Source: Trypanosoma brucei
Taxonomy: Eukaryota
DNA length: 64,000 bases
Assembly (NCBI GenBank): GCA_000002445.1
Contig: CM000207.1
Location: 2,464,001 to 2,528,000 of the forward strand
Direction: 5' to 3'
Part shown: positions 1 through 10,720 of the stretch, piece after piece
Layout: each line of letters opens with the position of its first letter
Position numbering within the stretch: the stretch's first letter is position 1
Made by a program: the position numbers and the translations under genes
Notes under the pieces: model-generated
Seen by the model: only the letters and a program-made list of their open reading frames with translations
Told to the model about the DNA's origin: nothing
Database searches by the model: none

Positions 1-736
1 GCTGCTCAGTTATGTTTGGGTCCTTCATGTATATAATGGGGAAACCACGGAATATCTCTTCTGCCTTACTTTGTACGACAGGGTTGATAATACCCGGGAC
101 TATTCGCTGTAGTTCGTTTTTGATGCTGCCCTTGAAGATATCTATGATTCCGTTGATAAGGTTGTTGAGAAGCTGCATACCTCGAACAGCAACTGTTACA
201 TTTATTTCTCCAAGTTCAATCATCATATCCCTCACTGTTGCATTGAGCAGACCATCGTTTCTAGCGGATAAGTCCATAGCAAACGATGCATTCGCACCGC
301 GGATATCGGTAGCGGACGTGCCACTAGGGCACAGAAGCGGCCACCAACAAAGTGGACTGTAATAAAACTTAGTTTTTGGCACACTGGCTGCCATGTCCCA
401 CACCGAAACCAAAAGTTTATTCGGGCTCTTCAGTTTGAGGGACATGTTTCCAATCGTTATGTTTGATACCTGCATTTCTTCCAGCTTAATACCTTGCACA
501 CTTTGCTCAGGAACAGTAATGTTTCCGATAAGTTGTCTCAGCACGCGGTGAACCATGGGCACAGCAGAAGTCACGACGGATTCATCAACGGCAAATTTCA
601 CGCTACCGGGTGCGGAAGACACGGGCGCTTCTCCATACTGAATGCCGTGAACCTGACCGGATGCTGCAACAAAATACGGCGCCAGTACCACGGCGACAAA
701 AATTACCGTGTATATTAGAGTTGCAGCTCGTTGCAT
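1..736 (-). CDS. Partial CDS (N-terminal 245 codons; continues beyond window position 1): secreted/surface glycoprotein with cleavable signal peptide and BPI/LBP-like N-terminal barrel pattern (ESAG5-family-like)
   Basis: Manual reverse-complement translation from the ATG at 736-734 gives MQRAATLIYTVIFVAVVLAPYFVAASGQVHGIQYGEAPV... with no stop codon through position 1. It has a hydrophobic signal peptide and at least six N-x-S/T sequons. Its alternating hydrophobic beta-strand pattern (e.g. LLNNLINGIIDIFKGSIKNELQRIVPGIINPVVQ) resembles the N-terminal domain of BPI/LBP-fold proteins. It is absent from the ORF track only because it runs off the window edge. Confidence 0.55.
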   Translation of the reverse strand, partial: MQRAATLIYTVIFVAVVLAPYFVAASGQVHGIQYGEAPVSSAPGSVKFAVDESVVTSAVPMVHRVLRQLIGNITVPEQSVQGIKLEEMQVSNITIGNMSLKLKSPNKLLVSVWDMAASVPKTKFYYSPLCWWPLLCPSGTSATDIRGANASFAMDLSARNDGLLNATVRDMMIELGEINVTVAVRGMQLLNNLINGIIDIFKGSIKNELQRIVPGIINPVVQSKAEEIFRGFPIIYMKDPNITEQ

Positions 737-2364
737 TGATGAACTAATATATATTCGATCTACCCGACGAAAGCCACTACCTACAAAAGTAAGGTGAATT
801 TGTGTTAACCCAAACGGATGTCATACAAGAATCAGTTGCAACAAATAACTGTTGGTACAATCGATAAAAGATAGTGTAAAAATTTCCGAAAGATCATTAA
901 CGGTAAGTGTGTCCACTTCGGCAGGGTAAGTCGACACCGTTTAAAAAGTGAATAATATACAAAAAGAAATATATCACCTTCATCACATACTTACGACTAC
1001 TTGAAGTAACCTTCTAATGGTCATTGTTTGTCATCGATGCTTGACAGTTAAGCTCCGCAAAGTACATCTCGAACAAATATCTAACGAGACAAACAAAATT
1101 AAAAAGACTGGGTTACAACAAAGCGCCGCGTTGAAACAGTGTGGGCTGTCAATAGTTATTCTAACCGAAAAATGTCATGCTCCACCGTATCGAGTGGTGA
1201 CAGCATTGACGTACTGAACACATGTATGGAATAGTAACAACACCTTCCCATACTTCACTTTGTCCCTCACTTTAACGCACTGTATTGTTCATCACCTGAG
1301 CAAACACTCACTTCACTCAACCGACAGGTCTATGCAATATGAGTTAGAATCTAAGAAGCCAGTAGCTAAAATATATGAGAGGGCGTGAAGTCTTCAATGT
1401 CAACAGACGCGGCTCACTGTCATTACCCATTCCGAAACATGTTCATATCAATACCACCACTGTTTACATACCTTTGTCACGTCTTTCAGTGGTATCGCTT
1501 CAAATACAATATTCACTCCTGCTAACTGATGTCACGACAAAACATATTGATGGCGTTAGAGCCGTCGTCATTGCTGTCGCTGCGATTCTTCCCACAGATC
1601 ATAGCTATCCAACCACAAATTCTAGACGGTTTAAAAAAGAGGAAATGACCATGCGATCTTCTCAATAGCAACTGCTCCAGTCACATATTATCGAGAATAC
1701 AACACCCTAAAACATTCCCGTAAAGTAATGGTGTGTGCCCACCTATGACAAATATATTTGAACTCGTTAAAACCATAAGGTTTACATTTTTTAAAAAAAA
1801 AAAGTCATTCGTCCGTAAAGATAGCTTACCAAAGGTTAATGAATAATTGCCACTTTCACATCTCCTTGGCATCCATCATACCCGCTGTTCGTCACTTTCA
1901 GTCTTTTTTCCAGGTCCCCGCGTGGGCGATGGTATTCCTTATGAATCTTCCTCCACAATCCAAAAGTCCACAGGAAGCATGTTGATAATACATCAGCCGG
2001 TAATTCCCTTGATCCCCTCCTTTTTTCAGTAGTAGCCAACCCGCCTTCTGCAGGCAGAGTCGACAGTTGGTCGGTACACCTTTCCTCCTTAGTACTGACA
2101 TTAAATATCCGTAGACGCTTTTAGATGTGTCGAAATATATTGTGTATACGTATACATACGTATGCATATGCATATTACCACATAGTAGGATCGCGCAACG
2201 AGAATTCACCGCAGACATTTCTAAGCAACGCGTTTGTGGCACTTAGCTGCAAGCCTCGCCGGTTTAACCAAATCCACAATGAAATGCGCAAACGTGCCTA
2301 CAGGGAAGCACGTTACCAAAGCTCTCCACGCTCGTAGCACCTTCTGCAGCCCTTGTGTGTGTGT

Positions 2365-2378
2365 GGGGGGGGGGGGGG
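2365..2378 (+). repeat. G14 homopolymer tract (preceded by (TG)n) in divergent strand-switch region
   Basis: Direct count in sequence: gtgtgtgtgtg + 14 G. Confidence 0.9.
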
Positions 2379-5300
2379 CGATCCACCCAGTTGATCCGTT
2401 AGACGTCTCCCCCATTGTTTCTTTCTTTTTTTCCAGCATTGTAATGCCACCACACCCACACACCGGCGGCCACGGCCCCAACAAACTAAAGATCCCATTA
2501 AAATACGTGAGCGCGTGAGCGGCGGCGCACGTCAGCATAACAAGGCGGCGCAAAACTACTTTTATTGCATTACATCGGTTACCAGCGCGTATTTGGCGGC
2601 GTCCATATTTCTCTTTAGTTTCCCTTTCTCAGGGCACCTCGAATGCCCCACTGCGTTTCTTGAGGCGAGCAGGTTGCCTCAGTCCTGCCAATGAAAGTAG
2701 GGCGAAGGAAGGGCACTTCTTCCACCACCTCCAACAGTCAAGCCACTCCGATGTGGCTGAACTGTCGCCGCATTCGCCCCTGATACTTCCACAAAATTTA
2801 TAACAATCACTTCGCCAAACGGCAATAAGACCTGACTGCCCACCGCAGTTGAGGGGACGGGGCCACGCTGCAGCACCGAGGCACTCAAGTCCACCTCGGC
2901 GTTGCCGCGTTCCTCTACCATCTCCGTTACTGGATAGCGGCGGTGGGTCGGCGGAACTCGTTGTTGAAAAATATAAATAGACAGTTTCATGTAGTGGACC
3001 GCCGTAATTGAATCCGGGTGAGTTGTGTTGTGGCCGCAGTTGTTAGGAAAGCGGATTCGCTGCAGCCAACCTGCGGTTTATCCGAAATATCGCACTGTTG
3101 TTGGTCCTCAAACCGGGTCGGGGCGGTGAGGCGGTGGCGCGTGTGCTCAAAGGGGGAATGCCGGTTAATTGGACGCTTACGAGTTTGTGAATATTGACGT
3201 GAAGGCAACTGGTATTGCGATTTTTTGTTGGTAATGTTCTCCCCTCCCTTTCCTTCCTTCCTTCCCATTCCCTCAAGGAGACGGCAGGGGAAATGTCGAG
3301 GGTACGAGTTAGCTGTGGTGATGAACGCTTCAAAAATGTGTCCTAAACTTTTTAGATATCTTACTGCGGAAAGTGTGGTGCAACATAAATACAGTTGCGG
3401 TTAACCCCACACGACTTTGTGTTTTGGGAGGGTGCAAAACAAAAACCAGAGAAGTTTAAGCGCGCCACTACAAATTTAGATGGGACCCACATCCCTTCAC
3501 TTAGCAAATTGCAGCTTATCCCGCAGAACTTTCTGCAGCCTGAATGAAATGACCCTTACCTCGGTTGGATGATCACCGGTTGTGGTGAGTTGCTTCCAAG
3601 CAACTGGGAACCGGCTGATGATCTCGCTTAGGGATTCTTTGTGAAAAGGCGTGGGATCTATGTGACATTTCAGTGTAAAAAGGAAAAAAGAAAGTGGACG
3701 CCACGAAACTTGCCAAGAAAAATATTTGAATGTTAATGGGCAACGCACATTGCCCGCCACAAGATTCCAGTGGAAAAAACAACCAAGTGGTGAATATTTC
3801 GCTATTCTTACTGACAAATATGGGCAATATATTCGAGTGAAAAGTACTTAGCTTTTAAAGGATCTTCATAGTGTATCACTGATGGGCTCCGAGCAGTGAA
3901 TGCCCCCAGCTCCGGCGATAAACGCCGTCAGTGCAAATGGCAGCGCAGTGGATTTATTTTTTTCATGTTGCTGCTAATGTGGAAAGGTATGTAACATCAC
4001 ATGCAATAATGTGTTTTAATTTCGTCATGCAAGGGAGGGGTCATCCGCTTAGCGAAAACAAGCCATCAATGTGTTATCTATAACATATAACTTGTACATA
4101 GTGCGCTCAGGGAAATGGAGGTAAAAAGAAAACATGATATCGGAAGATACGACGCTGTTGTGCCTGGGTGCACAGATGAGTAACGAAACTGCGTTGAAAA
4201 CAGTCGTAACTGTTATTGGACACATAACTTTCAGTGTTTTTTTTTCAAAAATAAAAAACGAATAGTAATGCAGAAAAGTACTGAGTATGCACCACGGGAA
4301 TGGGGCACCAGCTCTGTTGGTTCCATTTTTCGGTTCTACTCAAATGTGTGTTATGTGTTACGAGCAAAAAAAACCGGGGCGAAGTATTGGACATTGTTGA
4401 TACTGTCATCGTGAGGTTCGGAGCGTGGTAATAAACTATTTACCCTCGTCCTAGTGACTGGATCGTTACGGGTGGAAGTAAGATGGTGTCGTTATACCTG
4501 TTTATGTTGGTTCGCTCTCGTGATATCATAATAAGGGATTCCACAATTATTATTATTATTTCGCTGCAGTTTCCCCCTCAGAAGTTGAAAACTCATGTGC
4601 TAAGTTTTCCTCCTCATTAGAGGCACTGTCTAGTGAATTCAAGCGTCGTGTGTGATCCGGTGTTGTGCAAATATGTCGTTGTGAACTTTGTTACCTGCCA
4701 CGAGCTTTCCTATGATATGGAGAACTTCGTAACCGTTGTGCGAATGAGATGAAGTCAATTTACTCTTCCGCTCGGGGTTGGTATTTTTTTTTTTTTTTTG
4801 CATCCCATGGCTTTGTGTCACCATAAATGATTGTGTCGTCCCATTATTTTACCTCTATAGTCGCTTCATTTCTAATGTGATCGTTGAGTTGATGGCCCCT
4901 TATCTTCTCTGTCAATCTTACAATAATCATCCTAGAAAAACTTTTATAGGTGATGATTCATTTCTGCTGTTGTGATAGCAACGACAATGCGAACTCTGCA
5001 ATACCAAAAAACGATTCGGGTGTGTGCTTCGGTAAGGTTATGAAGGAAGGAATGTAATTAACGTTTTGGTCCGTAAATGAACGTTCTCATCTTTGGCGTG
5101 TCCCAACACTCAGAGACTTCGATTCAGTTATGTATGCCATAAGTTCATTTGCATATGAAAAGATGTCGAATTAATGTCTAGTGGTTCTTGTGCTTTGTTC
5201 AACCATTCATTCGATCTTTCGGAGCACTCTGCACAATACTTCACTTTCGGTTTATGATATGTGCCCTTCTCCATCTGTCCTTGCTACTATGTTGCTCACT

Positions 5301-6643
5301 TGGAAATTTGGATCATAGTTGCAGTTCAATTCTTTCTCACATTTTTTTCCATGGCACGACGGCTGCCGTCCGTTGGCGTGATTTATCCTCTTGATGTCCA
5401 AATCCTAATCGTATTTCTAACCTTATAATGGTGGTTGTGGTGCTGTGTGGACATACTGACCGGCAGTGCATAATACCAATTGTGTACGATGTTTTGCATT
5501 GTTTATTTATTTTGAGCGTTAATTGGACCGAATACCTGTACCACCAGACCCATCCAAGGCTCACATGCTGTTCGGTCATGAGAAAAGTTTATGGTGCACT
5601 ACAGCGGAGGTGTTTGTGATATTTTCGGTGCAGATGTTTTACCGGTGACTTTCGGCAATTGTTGCTGTTGTCAAAAGCTTTTTGCACGCTCCGCGAGGGG
5701 ACTGATATGTGATATCTCTCACGTCGGTAGGTGTGCTGCTACCGGTTATGTGCAAAGTGATACCTGTATCAAATTTGACTGCTTGTTTGTAGTCTGTAGT
5801 ATTTGAGTTTGCTCATGGAGAGTTGTTGCTTGTTTGGTTTTAATTCGATCGTGTTTAACTTCTCCCTCAGCTAAGAGTGATGTATGAACTGGAGTATATG
5901 GGATTACCTGCGTGTGTGCGGCTCTCCTTTTTTATCCTTTACCTTTCCATCACGGCTATAACACCACTACTCAAATGCAGTTTTCTCCAGTGCGATGGGG
6001 ATATATGATTGCTCGCGTAGCCATCATTGGCATACTTTTTTTGCTGGGTAAACGCAGCGCGTTCCATTACCATAATCAGATGATGCGTATTTGATCAGCG
6101 CTGTTTATATCTATCCCCCGGTAGCTTCCTCCCTATAAATGAATCATGATGCAGCACAGTTTTTGTTCCTTAGGTTCACCTGCCATATTTGGTAGATTTT
6201 CATCACACATGTTCTAAAAGGGGGATTGTAGTGTTACGCATGCAAGTTCTTGTGTAGACGTTGGCATATGGAATATCAAGTGGCTGTTGCTGCTATTTTC
6301 AGGGGAAAAAAAAAAAAGAAACGTCATCACATGGTAGCGTTAACGTGACAGACGCCAGAGAAGGGAGGAAAAAAAATCAGTCCAAGTAAACAATAAGGAG
6401 CAGCGAGGTGGGAAGTTGTTAAAGGAAAAGGTGAAGCAGTGTTACGCGTGGTCTACTTTTGGTACATATGAGCGGCACTGCCGACGCATTATATACGCGC
6501 ATCAGATGGTATCCCCATGAAGAAACTCTGCGTTTGGGATTCAAAAAAGAACTTTTCACAACACATCTGGTGACAAATTGGTGCGTTGCGAAGAGTTATG
6601 CGCAGTAAAAGGAACATTTTGTGTCTTTAATAGTCCCGCTGTT

Positions 6644-6655
6644 GGGGGGGGGGGG
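6644..6655 (+). repeat. G12 homopolymer tract in divergent strand-switch region
   Basis: Direct count in sequence: gctgttGGGGGGGGGGGGattg. Confidence 0.9.
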
Positions 6656-8101
6656 ATTGTTAAATAAGTGTTTCTGGTGAGGTAAGATACATTACATAAT
6701 TGAACCACAGAAGGGAAATTGAGTAGCGTATTAAAAATTCTTCATGATATGTGTAAGTTCGGCTGGATTATCATCCTACTGAAATCATGTGACATGGATG
6801 ATGTTTGTGATTCGATGTGCTAAGTGTGAGGTGAGGTCATGCCTTGTTGTGTAATACCACATGGACATTCGGTCAATGTTTTTTTTTTTCGAACGGGTTG
6901 AAAAAAGAGCGCTCGCATGCACATCAGGTTTGTAATCACTGCAACGAATGCTTTATTGTGATTGAGAAGCGCGCATTGAGTGGGAGAGTACAACTCTCTA
7001 TCTCTCTCTGTGTGCGTGTGTTATGCGTGCTAAAGTGTATTATGTTCTATAACGGTGTCGATGGTGGCGCTCTGACAGCAGTGTCTATATATCACCGCAG
7101 TGGGTGTTGTGAACACGTGTGTATGTCCTTTGTGTTTTCAACTGAATTGTTGTGTTTGTTAGATAAAACTTTAAGAGTTCGTGTTCCATTAGTTGCACTG
7201 GAGAACTTCTCTAGCAATCGATGAAAGCGGTGATGTTGCTTGATTTCAAATGCTCATGCGACCAATGTGGAGCATTCGGTTGAGAAATGAAATACCCTTT
7301 TGTTTCTCTGTTTCTGGTGTGTAAAAACGCAGTGTGCTTACGGTGTCTCCTCGTGCCTCCTTTGTCTTTGCAAAAAAAAAAAAGACGTTGCACTTGACTT
7401 GTTTCCGGTTTTTGGCACATGTTGGGTTGAGAGTGAAAAGTAATGGGTAACTGGATATATCTTCCTTTTTTATCTAGGGGGGAAAAACAACTGTATGCGA
7501 GGGGGCTTAGTGTTATTATTTCATTGGAAAGTGGTTGACGGGTACTTGCCGGCGTGTGGTGCAAATTGTTTCCTTGCATAGTGCTGGGTGTAATCAGTGG
7601 TGGTATTTTTTTTTCCAAATGACGGGTGTGCACAAGGAACGAGTAGTAAGAGTGAAATACGGAGGCATGAGGTTCAGTGGAGCTAAAACTGTGCAGAAAT
7701 TGCTATTGGTCACTACGCCTATGAATTTTAAATGCTCAACTGGTGGGGGTACGGCGCAGGACTCGTGTATTCACTACCCCAAAAAGGTCCCACGAGGGGC
7801 CAACAACAGTGCTTGGAGGTCCGTTGGCGTCTTGTGGAACTCCGAATACACGGATTATGTGCCAAGTAATTTGTACAGTCGATATCTTTGTTTTTAGCCG
7901 CGAGTGCCGAGGCTTGGTCGTTGCGCATGTGCCAACAATCCGGTGGAGCAGCTATGAGCTGCGATACAGGCGCGTGCTTGCGTGCCACATCACTTCCCCC
8001 TTATTTGCCATTTTTTAATTACATAACTAATAGCGGTTCCTAAGGCGTTTTTAGCACCTATTTATTGGCGGCCGGGGCTTGTCCCCTTCTCACCATCACC
8101 A

Positions 8102-9121
8102 ATGCCAGCACCCGCCTCTGATGTTGTGGCTTGCGCCATCTGCTTGGAGCAATGGTCAGATCCTGTAGAACTATTGCCGTGTACGCATATATTTTGCCGA
8201 GGTTGTGTTTCAACTACAACTGTGTGTCCCATATGTCGCGCAGAGGTGACTGGGCGACGTACCGCTAACCGATACTTGGTAGATGCCTCTATGTCCCTAG
8301 TTAAAATGAAGGAACGGGATGAAAAGGCACGCGAGGAGGCGGAAAAATTGCTAAATGAAGTCATCGAGCAATCACAGGGGAAAATGTATAAGCCTACCGC
8401 GGCTGCCGGTGTGGGAGTTAACACACAGCCGCACAACCGGCGGATGAGGGTGGAAACGCTAAGAAGCACGCCTGATTATATTTTTAAGATTATACTCGTC
8501 GGTGATAGTTATGTTGGGAAGACCCGATTCTTGAAGAATCTCGTTGGTGCTATCGGCTTCGGGGATCAATGCGTCACCACCCTCAGCGTTGATGTCGTTA
8601 ATCATTACGTTATCGTTGATGGAAAGACAGTTCAGGTTTTAATGTATGATACTTGCGGCCAGGAACGTTTCCGAGCCATGACAGCACAGTTCTACCGTGA
8701 CGCCCACGGTGCCATAATGGTGTACGACACCACTCAAATTGGGAGTTTCGACAATATCGAAGTGTGGTTCTCGCAGCTCAACAGTTTTGGTTGTGAAAAT
8801 ACGAGCAAAATACTTGTCGGAAATAAATGTGATCTCCCCGAAAGAAGGGCCGTTGAAATTGGGCGGGCCAGAGCCCTGGCCGACAAACTGGGCGTTCCCT
8901 TTATAGAAACGAGCGCAATGACTGGTGCCGGAGTTGCCGTAGCAGTTGAGGCCTTAGTGAGAATGATTATGAGACAACAACCTGTTCCACTAGCCAGCCA
9001 ATGGGCAGGCAGTAAAAGCGGACATAGAAATGCAGTCAATTTGGAAAGACCCCGCCGGGAGAACGGCACCGGCAGACGGTCTGAGAGGAGCCAGAGAAAT
9101 GATAATTGTTGCTGCCAATAA
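8102..9121 (+). CDS. RING (C3HC4) zinc-finger / Rab-like small GTPase fusion protein, 339 aa, C-terminal CCCQ cysteine motif
   Basis: True ATG start preceded by a polypyrimidine tract (cttgtccccttctcaccatcacc). The N-terminus CAICLEQWSDPVELLPCTHIFCRGCVSTTTVCPICR is a C3HC4 RING. After a charged coiled-coil-like linker comes a complete Ras-superfamily G domain. Its motifs are G1 GDSYVGKT, switch I TLSVD, G3 DTCGQE, G4 GNKCD and G5 ETSAM. The overall similarity is to Rab1-type GTPases (KIILVGDS..VDGKTVQVLMYDTCGQERFRAMTAQFYRDAHGAIMVYD). The C-terminus ...NDNCCCQ is a candidate prenylation site. Confidence 0.85.
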   Translation: MPAPASDVVACAICLEQWSDPVELLPCTHIFCRGCVSTTTVCPICRAEVTGRRTANRYLVDASMSLVKMKERDEKAREEAEKLLNEVIEQSQGKMYKPTAAAGVGVNTQPHNRRMRVETLRSTPDYIFKIILVGDSYVGKTRFLKNLVGAIGFGDQCVTTLSVDVVNHYVIVDGKTVQVLMYDTCGQERFRAMTAQFYRDAHGAIMVYDTTQIGSFDNIEVWFSQLNSFGCENTSKILVGNKCDLPERRAVEIGRARALADKLGVPFIETSAMTGAGVAVAVEALVRMIMRQQPVPLASQWAGSKSGHRNAVNLERPRRENGTGRRSERSQRNDNCCCQ

Positions 9122-9532
9122 GATGAGCTTACCATAGCCTTGTGTGAATGGTGCGTTAACAAAGGGTCTCGCCCCAATATCCAGTCAGTGAGTTAACTTA
9201 GGTGTAATGTGCATGTGCAAACGCAGTCTTTGATTTCTTTTATTGATGTTCCTGTGCTTCTCCTCCCCTCAAAATAAAATAAAATAAAAGGAAAGCTGAC
9301 GATGCCCTTAGGGAGTCAAGAAGATGGTTCGATGTCCCTTCTGTGCGTCCAACGAGGTGCGTGCACTTTCCACCGCTAAGCTCTGCGCCTCGCTCACAAC
9401 CGTAAAACAAGAGTCTTTTTTTTTCTTTTTGAATAATGCACATGCAGACGATCTGCCCCCCTCATTCACACACATATACACATATACAAAGACACTGTGA
9501 AGCGATAAAAAGCAGCGTCGAGACCTGGCGAA

Positions 9533-10720
9533 ATGCAGTGTCTCCGCTTCGTCGATGGTAAAAAGTGTTCAGTCAACACAGTGGGTGCATCCCTTTCTGC
9601 AGTGGCATGCGTGGTGGCGTTTATAGCCTTCATTGCTGAAATTAATTCTGAGGGTTGGCAATATAGGGGGAAGGTATGGTTAGATGCACCAACTAGTCGG
9701 CGAGTCCCATTTAGGAATCCGAGAGTCATTTTTGTTGTTGTTCAGACCCGACCCTCTCCAGGTTGGTGCAGAATGTTGATGACTGCTGTTGTCACGAATG
9801 TTTCTGTAATTTCTATTGGTATGGGTGGGAATTACAGTCACACCATCCGGGCAAACTGGTTATTGAACTTCTTGGATGATGAGGGTCTCCATGATGATGA
9901 TGTGTTAGTTATGTTTGATGGTGCGGACACATTCTTCACTGATGAGATCAATCGAAAAGAGATGCTAGACCCGTTCATAAAAATGTCTCCCCCACTGCCC
10001 AAATTCTTTAACCAAACGGCTATATACAGAGGTGACGCTTGGCCGCCCATGCTTCACATGGCAGAACCAGATTGTTATGCTCCCCAGTTGAACATCACAT
10101 ACAACCCGCAAAATGAGTCGCATTGGGATCGATGCGCAAGGTTTTACGCCATGGGCCTGTCAGAAGCGAAAACATTCGGTGCTGAGCGGCTTCTGGGGTT
10201 GCCACCTCCCGTGCGTGGACACCTCAACAGTGGAGGAATTGTGGGCCGGGTATGGGCGTATAAAGAGGCCTTTAATGTCTATTTAAAGTTCAGGGAGACA
10301 TCCTCTAAATGGTGGTGCGATCAGACCATGTGGACAATACTTTTCATTTGGAGCGCAGGAAATGCAACGGGTGTGGATCCCAAATACATAATACGGCGTG
10401 GAATAATTAGTCTTGACTATGACAAGAGATACTTTTACTACCCAACAGCGGCGTACAACACGCGTGCGATGATCGGCCACTTCACAGGAAATCCCCACCA
10501 GTGGTTACGGTATCTCCCGAAGTACTTTACTCGCCTTCCTTGGTATAGGAACCTTGCGGGAAACAGTACCTACAGGCAGAGTGTCGTGGAAGCATTACGA
10601 AATACGACCGTCATAACTTACAAATACACCCGGGAGAAGGTTTTGAAAAGTTATGAGGATGTCTGCAACGTTGAAGAAATGACCGACCCCGACTTCGTGG
10701 TCGACCCACTGGATAAGTGA
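9533..10720 (+). CDS. Hypothetical type II membrane protein (N-terminal signal-anchor, luminal domain with DxD-like FDGAD motif; possible Golgi glycosyltransferase)
   Basis: True ATG start. Pyrimidine-rich tracts upstream (9235-9270, 9412-9430) are consistent with a trans-splice acceptor. A short basic N-terminal tail is followed by one hydrophobic span (LSAVACVVAFIAFIA). The 395 aa ORF has no internal stops, and the luminal part carries multiple N-x-S/T sites. The function assignment is inference only. Confidence 0.6.
   Translation: MQCLRFVDGKKCSVNTVGASLSAVACVVAFIAFIAEINSEGWQYRGKVWLDAPTSRRVPFRNPRVIFVVVQTRPSPGWCRMLMTAVVTNVSVISIGMGGNYSHTIRANWLLNFLDDEGLHDDDVLVMFDGADTFFTDEINRKEMLDPFIKMSPPLPKFFNQTAIYRGDAWPPMLHMAEPDCYAPQLNITYNPQNESHWDRCARFYAMGLSEAKTFGAERLLGLPPPVRGHLNSGGIVGRVWAYKEAFNVYLKFRETSSKWWCDQTMWTILFIWSAGNATGVDPKYIIRRGIISLDYDKRYFYYPTAAYNTRAMIGHFTGNPHQWLRYLPKYFTRLPWYRNLAGNSTYRQSVVEALRNTTVITYKYTREKVLKSYEDVCNVEEMTDPDFVVDPLDK

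Noticed and set aside
12-362. Track ORF 12..362 (+), 116 aa
   Set aside because: It overlaps, in antisense, the well-supported minus-strand signal-peptide protein (1-736). It is low complexity and has no domain features.
8062-8469. Minus-strand ORF 8062..8469 overlapping the start of the RING-GTPase gene
   Set aside because: It is antisense to a strongly supported CDS with clear domain motifs and has no features of its own.
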